A stretch of DNA of 64,000 nt from Octopus vulgaris (lineage: Eukaryota). The notes under the pieces were generated by a model that saw nothing but the letters and a program-made list of their open reading frames with translations, made no database searches and was not told the DNA's origin. Positions 59,780-64,000 of this stretch are shown here, piece after piece; the stretch's first letter is position 1, and each line of letters opens with the position of its first letter. The stretch covers positions 11,780,001-11,844,000 of the forward strand of contig OX597830.1 in the NCBI GenBank assembly GCA_951406725.2, in the 5' to 3' direction. The translations under genes were made by a program, and so were the position numbers.

Positions 59780-59950
59780 CTTTCCTTTTTTTCATTTTCC
59801 TTCCTATTAGAGTAACTTCCTTTTTATATAACGGATTTTCATAGCGTCTGTTGCCATTAAGAGCCGACGAGAATGCCTCGTAGCTCTTAGCTTCGACATT
59901 CGAAACTCCGAATCCTATAAAGACGACCTTTTACTGTTTTTTTTCTAAAT
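59780..59950 (+). repeat. Right arm of the inverted repeat with a hammerhead-like motif (59860-59918)
   Basis: CCGACGA GAAUG...CAUUC GAAAC UCCGA AUC CUAU. Confidence 0.8.
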
Positions 59951-60049
59951 TAGAACATATATAAATAATCTTGCATTTATCCAATATCGATGTCTCATTT
60001 TTTTGTTGTTACTTTTTATTATACATATATATATATATTAGTGCGAACG

Positions 60050-61025
60050 CGCTATCTTTAAGGTAGCATGTCGTGCATTGAGTTCATATCGTTATGTCAT
60101 ATATCCCTATGATGTATATGCATAAGTATACGTATGGAATGCATGAGAGAAGGACGCATGCAAGATATGCAACATGAAGGAAGCTCGAACTTCAGTAGTG
60201 GAAAACGTAAAATATTATGTTATACTTTGTTTTTATTAACAACATATTTTTTCTGGAAGCATATGTGATGTAGTCCTCCGCGTTGTTCTTTTCTAGGTTC
60301 AAACATGTCTAGCGTGTATTAAACAACGAGCTTTTCCTGCTAAAAAGTTTACACAACATGTCTATTGTGTTTCTAAATTTTATATCAGAAGGTTTTTTCG
60401 AGAGTACGTCATGGCTCTAACGCTCATGTTCTCCTGTTGCAAGTTTTCTAAGGATTAGAGGCATTTTCATATCGTCGTCACAATCTTTTCTGTCTTTGTT
60501 GAAGATCTGTTAGTATCTTCTATTGTAAGCCTCGAAAGTAACTCCTTCGTCTTCATAATTAAATTTCATTATTCAATTTGCAACATAATCTGGCGAGAAC
60601 ATCTTTTCAGCTTTTTTGGACGACTTACTATTCATTAATTGCAGTACTTTTACTGTAACAGTAATTGTTGTTGTTGTGGTTCTTGTAGTCGTTGTTATTG
60701 CTGTTGTTGTTATTGTAGTTGTTGCTTTTGCATCTCGAGTTAAACCGGCCGACATTTCTTCCATAATTTTACGATTTTGTATACTGTAAAATTCGCACAA
60801 AAATCTTTTGTGAGTTTGTTTAATACTCGTGTGTTTGTTAATTCCACGTGAGTTTGTTAGTTCCTCGTCGCCACTGTTGCAGTCCAGCGTCTGACTGTTG
60901 TAACGTCCACTATAGTTAGTTAGACATGAAAGTTAGTTAGACAGTATAGTTAGTTAGACATGAAAGACATATCTACCTATGACCGACTTCGCCGACTTCT
61001 CGACGACATCACAGTTTTTGTAACA
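60050..61025 (-). mobile_element. Ty3/Gypsy relic: 5' LTR (~60875-61025), PBS and decayed gag
   Basis: TGTTAC...AACA-G-TGGCGACGAG (PBS 60864-60873); FNYEDEGVTF...ILRKL..GEH...LFS..SSLFNTR. Confidence 0.75.
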
Positions 61026-61061
61026 ACTAGCACATACCACTCGTCACGTGGGAGGGATTTC

Positions 61062-61110
<49 letters not shown>

Positions 61111-61591
61111 GAGTGAGAGAGCAGTTCATGCCATCAAAGTGACACTGGGGTAAAATATACGAAGCCCAATATACCCATCATGACTACCCGTCTGATAAAG
61201 GTACACCAGGCACATGCATCACAACCATATGTGCGCGACATGGTGATCTCATATCAAGATAAACAGCACATGACCTTGCAGGTGGGGCCCAGTTTGAATT
61301 TTCTTCAGGTTGAGTAGCCCATCCCGCTCAAACGGTCCCCGAATAAGGGTTGTTTAAGGATGTTGAAAGAACCACCCATGTTTCCAGAGGTGAACTATTC
61401 AAACCCCAAAGCATCCCTCTCAACACATGGCTATGATGCTCCCCCACTACTTCTGCTCGTGATCAGAGATGCACATATCGTCAGCCACTAGGGGACATGC
61501 TCAACTGGTTAAGGTCAAACAACTGACAAGCAAATCTGTGGTATTGAGCAGAATATTTGCTGTAGCCCATCTTTTATACCAAGACAAAACA

Positions 61592-61593
<2 letters not shown>
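61111..61593 (-). mobile_element. (TAA)n-targeted retroposon, 5'-truncated
   Basis: Family copy within (TTA)n. Confidence 0.9.
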
Positions 61594-61659
<66 letters not shown>

Positions 61660-61662
<3 letters not shown>

Positions 61663-61872
61663 TGTAGTTTTATTTTTATAGCGTGCTTTCACTTCACTAC
61701 CGAGCGCAGCTCAGTGTGCCTTGGGTATGTGCTGTGATTTGTTGTGATGCTCTGATGGTTATTGTATGGAAAGTGTTCTGCGTAGGATGTGTGCAGTGCC
61801 TAGTAGTGCAATTTTCTGTATGTTATATGTGTTTGTAAGTCCTGGTGTTTTTGTTATGTATTTGTCTGAATA

Positions 61873-61873
<1 letters not shown>
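61660..61873 (-). mobile_element. R4/Dong-like 3' end
   Basis: YITKTPGL..YNIQKIALLGTAHILRRTLSIQ* plus tail, in (TTA)n. Confidence 0.88.
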
Positions 61874-61961
<88 letters not shown>

Positions 61962-62249
61962 CCATAACAGAAACATAAACTGTAATATAACTTGCGGGGA
62001 TATTCGAACATGCTATGTTTGCCAAATAGAATTTCAAATGACAGGTAACTTGATTTGAAATGACAGGTAACTCATCTCCGGCAGGTGCCACTGAGGTTAC
62101 TGTATATCATTGAGCATGCGTTACCTTTAGTCCATAACAATAATGTGTTTTTGAAATTACATCAGGATTGTGTTTTTTTAAAAGCTCGTAGAGTAGACCA
62201 TCCAAACCAGGCGATTTACCCCTCGTGCAGTTAGCCATCGCTCCCGGTA

Positions 62250-63330
62250 TTTCAGCAGTTTTTATCGGCCTCTCGCAACGCTCCGCCTCCGTCGCCGAGA
62301 TCGGGAGCAGTCCGTTGCGGTAGGAAGTGAAGTCCGTCTTTGCGTTTGTGATATTGGCAGTAGATGCGCTTGAAGTGTTTGTGGTGATGTAGTGCTTGTT
62401 TGCTGTGTTTTTTTTTTTCCTTTACAGCCTTTATTTTTTCTTCTCTCCTCTTATTGAGTGGATGAGGTGTATTCGTTGTGTTTTTTATTTGTTTTTCTTT
62501 TCTCCTTCTTTTAGTTTTTGTTTTCCACTCCACGTTCTCGTCAGACTCTCTGCACGTTATGTCTGATCGTTCAGAATCGGGAAGTGACACGTCATTCATT
62601 GGAGCTGAGAGGTGCCTGGTGGAATCCATTATTGCTATGGTGTTGTAGTGGCTGTTATTGTTGTTGTTGCTGGATTTTCTGTTATTTCTGTTGATGTTGT
62701 AACTTGTGTTGTTGATGATGATGTTGCTTTTTTTGAGCTTTGGTGACTGTTGTTGCTGGATTCCTTGGTGCCGTTAGAAGAGAGTGACTCTTGGCCTTCC
62801 TTCCTACTCTAACGGATATGATGGTGCCGTCTCGGAGATGTATCTGATGAGGGATGGCATATTTGTTAGCTCAGCGGATAAGGATAGCATAGGTTGTTCA
62901 CAATACAAATTGGCACGCTAACAAAAACTATAAATTTGTGATCTGCACAATCGATATATATATAGGACCCGTAGAGACGGACCCGGTTACTGGAAGTTGT
63001 CCCTAAAATATTGGGTAGAAGTGGAGATTGTGTACATCGCCTACGTCATCTTTTATTACCTGACAGTCATGCTCCGTAGTTTTTCGTATTTTATGTGTAA
63101 CAAGCTTAAAGTATTACTTCCCGTTTGTTATCCTTAGGTTGAATAGTACGGGTATTATAGAATTTATTTGTCATTTTTTTTGTGTGTGTACGGTGGTTGG
63201 GGACGGAGTCGGACTGATATTGATTGGATCGTAATGTGGCGAACGTGTTTACACAAGTGATGGAGAGTGATGGAGAAGATACACAGTTAAAATACATCAT
63301 TTCATTTGGAAAACAGAGATAAATTTCAAT
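62250..63330 (-). pseudogene. Possible heavily decayed non-LTR ORF1 (gag-like)
   Basis: EGRP motif, then Thr/Asn-rich and WK..KRRRK segments, ordered like the 57.7-58.7 kb ORF1; weak. Confidence 0.35.
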
Positions 63331-63480
63331 GAGTATTACTTACTCGGATATAGTTCAACACTTTGTCAGTTATTTTACGTTCCATTTCTTGTCTTTATTC
63401 CCGATGCTTTTGGATAGATTTCGGAGCGGTGTTTTTATCGTTCTCACATGTTAAACATCACCGATGTTATCTCCTTGTTA

Positions 63481-63559
<79 letters not shown>

Positions 63560-63934
63560 TACTATTATTATTCACCATGCCAGGGCCAAAATGTTCTGTG
63601 TTTGTTATTTTTGAAAGGATCTATACAAATACAATTCCATAATCCAACAAAATTATTAAACAAATAACACGAAGGTTTCTCCTCTTGTGTTCATAAATTC
63701 TTTAATACCTTTCGATTTTACCAAAAATGCAAATGCAGTAAGATGAGTCCCTCTGTATAATTATCTTGCATATTACTTTCATTTAAACAAGTTGAGATAT
63801 ACTTATTAAAATTACTTAGTATATTTACCTAAGCTTATTTTCTTTTCTTCTTATCTTACCTCGTCATACACCACTTAACCCTTTATAAAGACCCCTTATA
63901 TTTTCGTTCTTTACCTAGCTCATATTTTATATAT

Positions 63935-64000
63935 TCTTTTACTCTTTTACTCTTTTTACTTGTTTCAGTCATTTGACTGCGGCCATGCTAGAGCACCGCC
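63935..64000 (-). mobile_element. 3' end of a SINE A (runs off the window)
   Basis: TTTTACTC tail and TTGTTTCAGTCATTTGACTGCGGCC. Confidence 0.9.

Overview
This is AT-rich, microsatellite-saturated eukaryotic non-coding DNA. The SINE families suggest an Octopus (cephalopod) genome, which is an inference from recalled repeat families. I found no intact host gene, and almost every ORF in the track is a microsatellite or transposon artefact. The window is a nested mosaic of three tRNA-derived SINE families, decayed R4/Dong-like retrotransposons and a ~550-bp non-autonomous element confined to (TAA)n. It also holds RTE and L1/Tx1 fragments, a Gypsy LTR relic, Tc1/mariner, piggyBac-type and 8-bp-TSD MITEs, and three Penelope-like elements (PLEs). 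The most notable signal is about 20 type I hammerhead-ribozyme-like motifs from about 8 dissimilar short repeat families. Many occur as divergent fold-back pairs (left arm on -, right arm on +), and one family has a compensatory G3-C8 core swap. A Naiad-like PLE also has an in-frame TGA at a conserved Cys position, a possible selenocysteine relic. All structures and boundaries were read by eye, so coordinates are approximate and ribozyme activity is untested.
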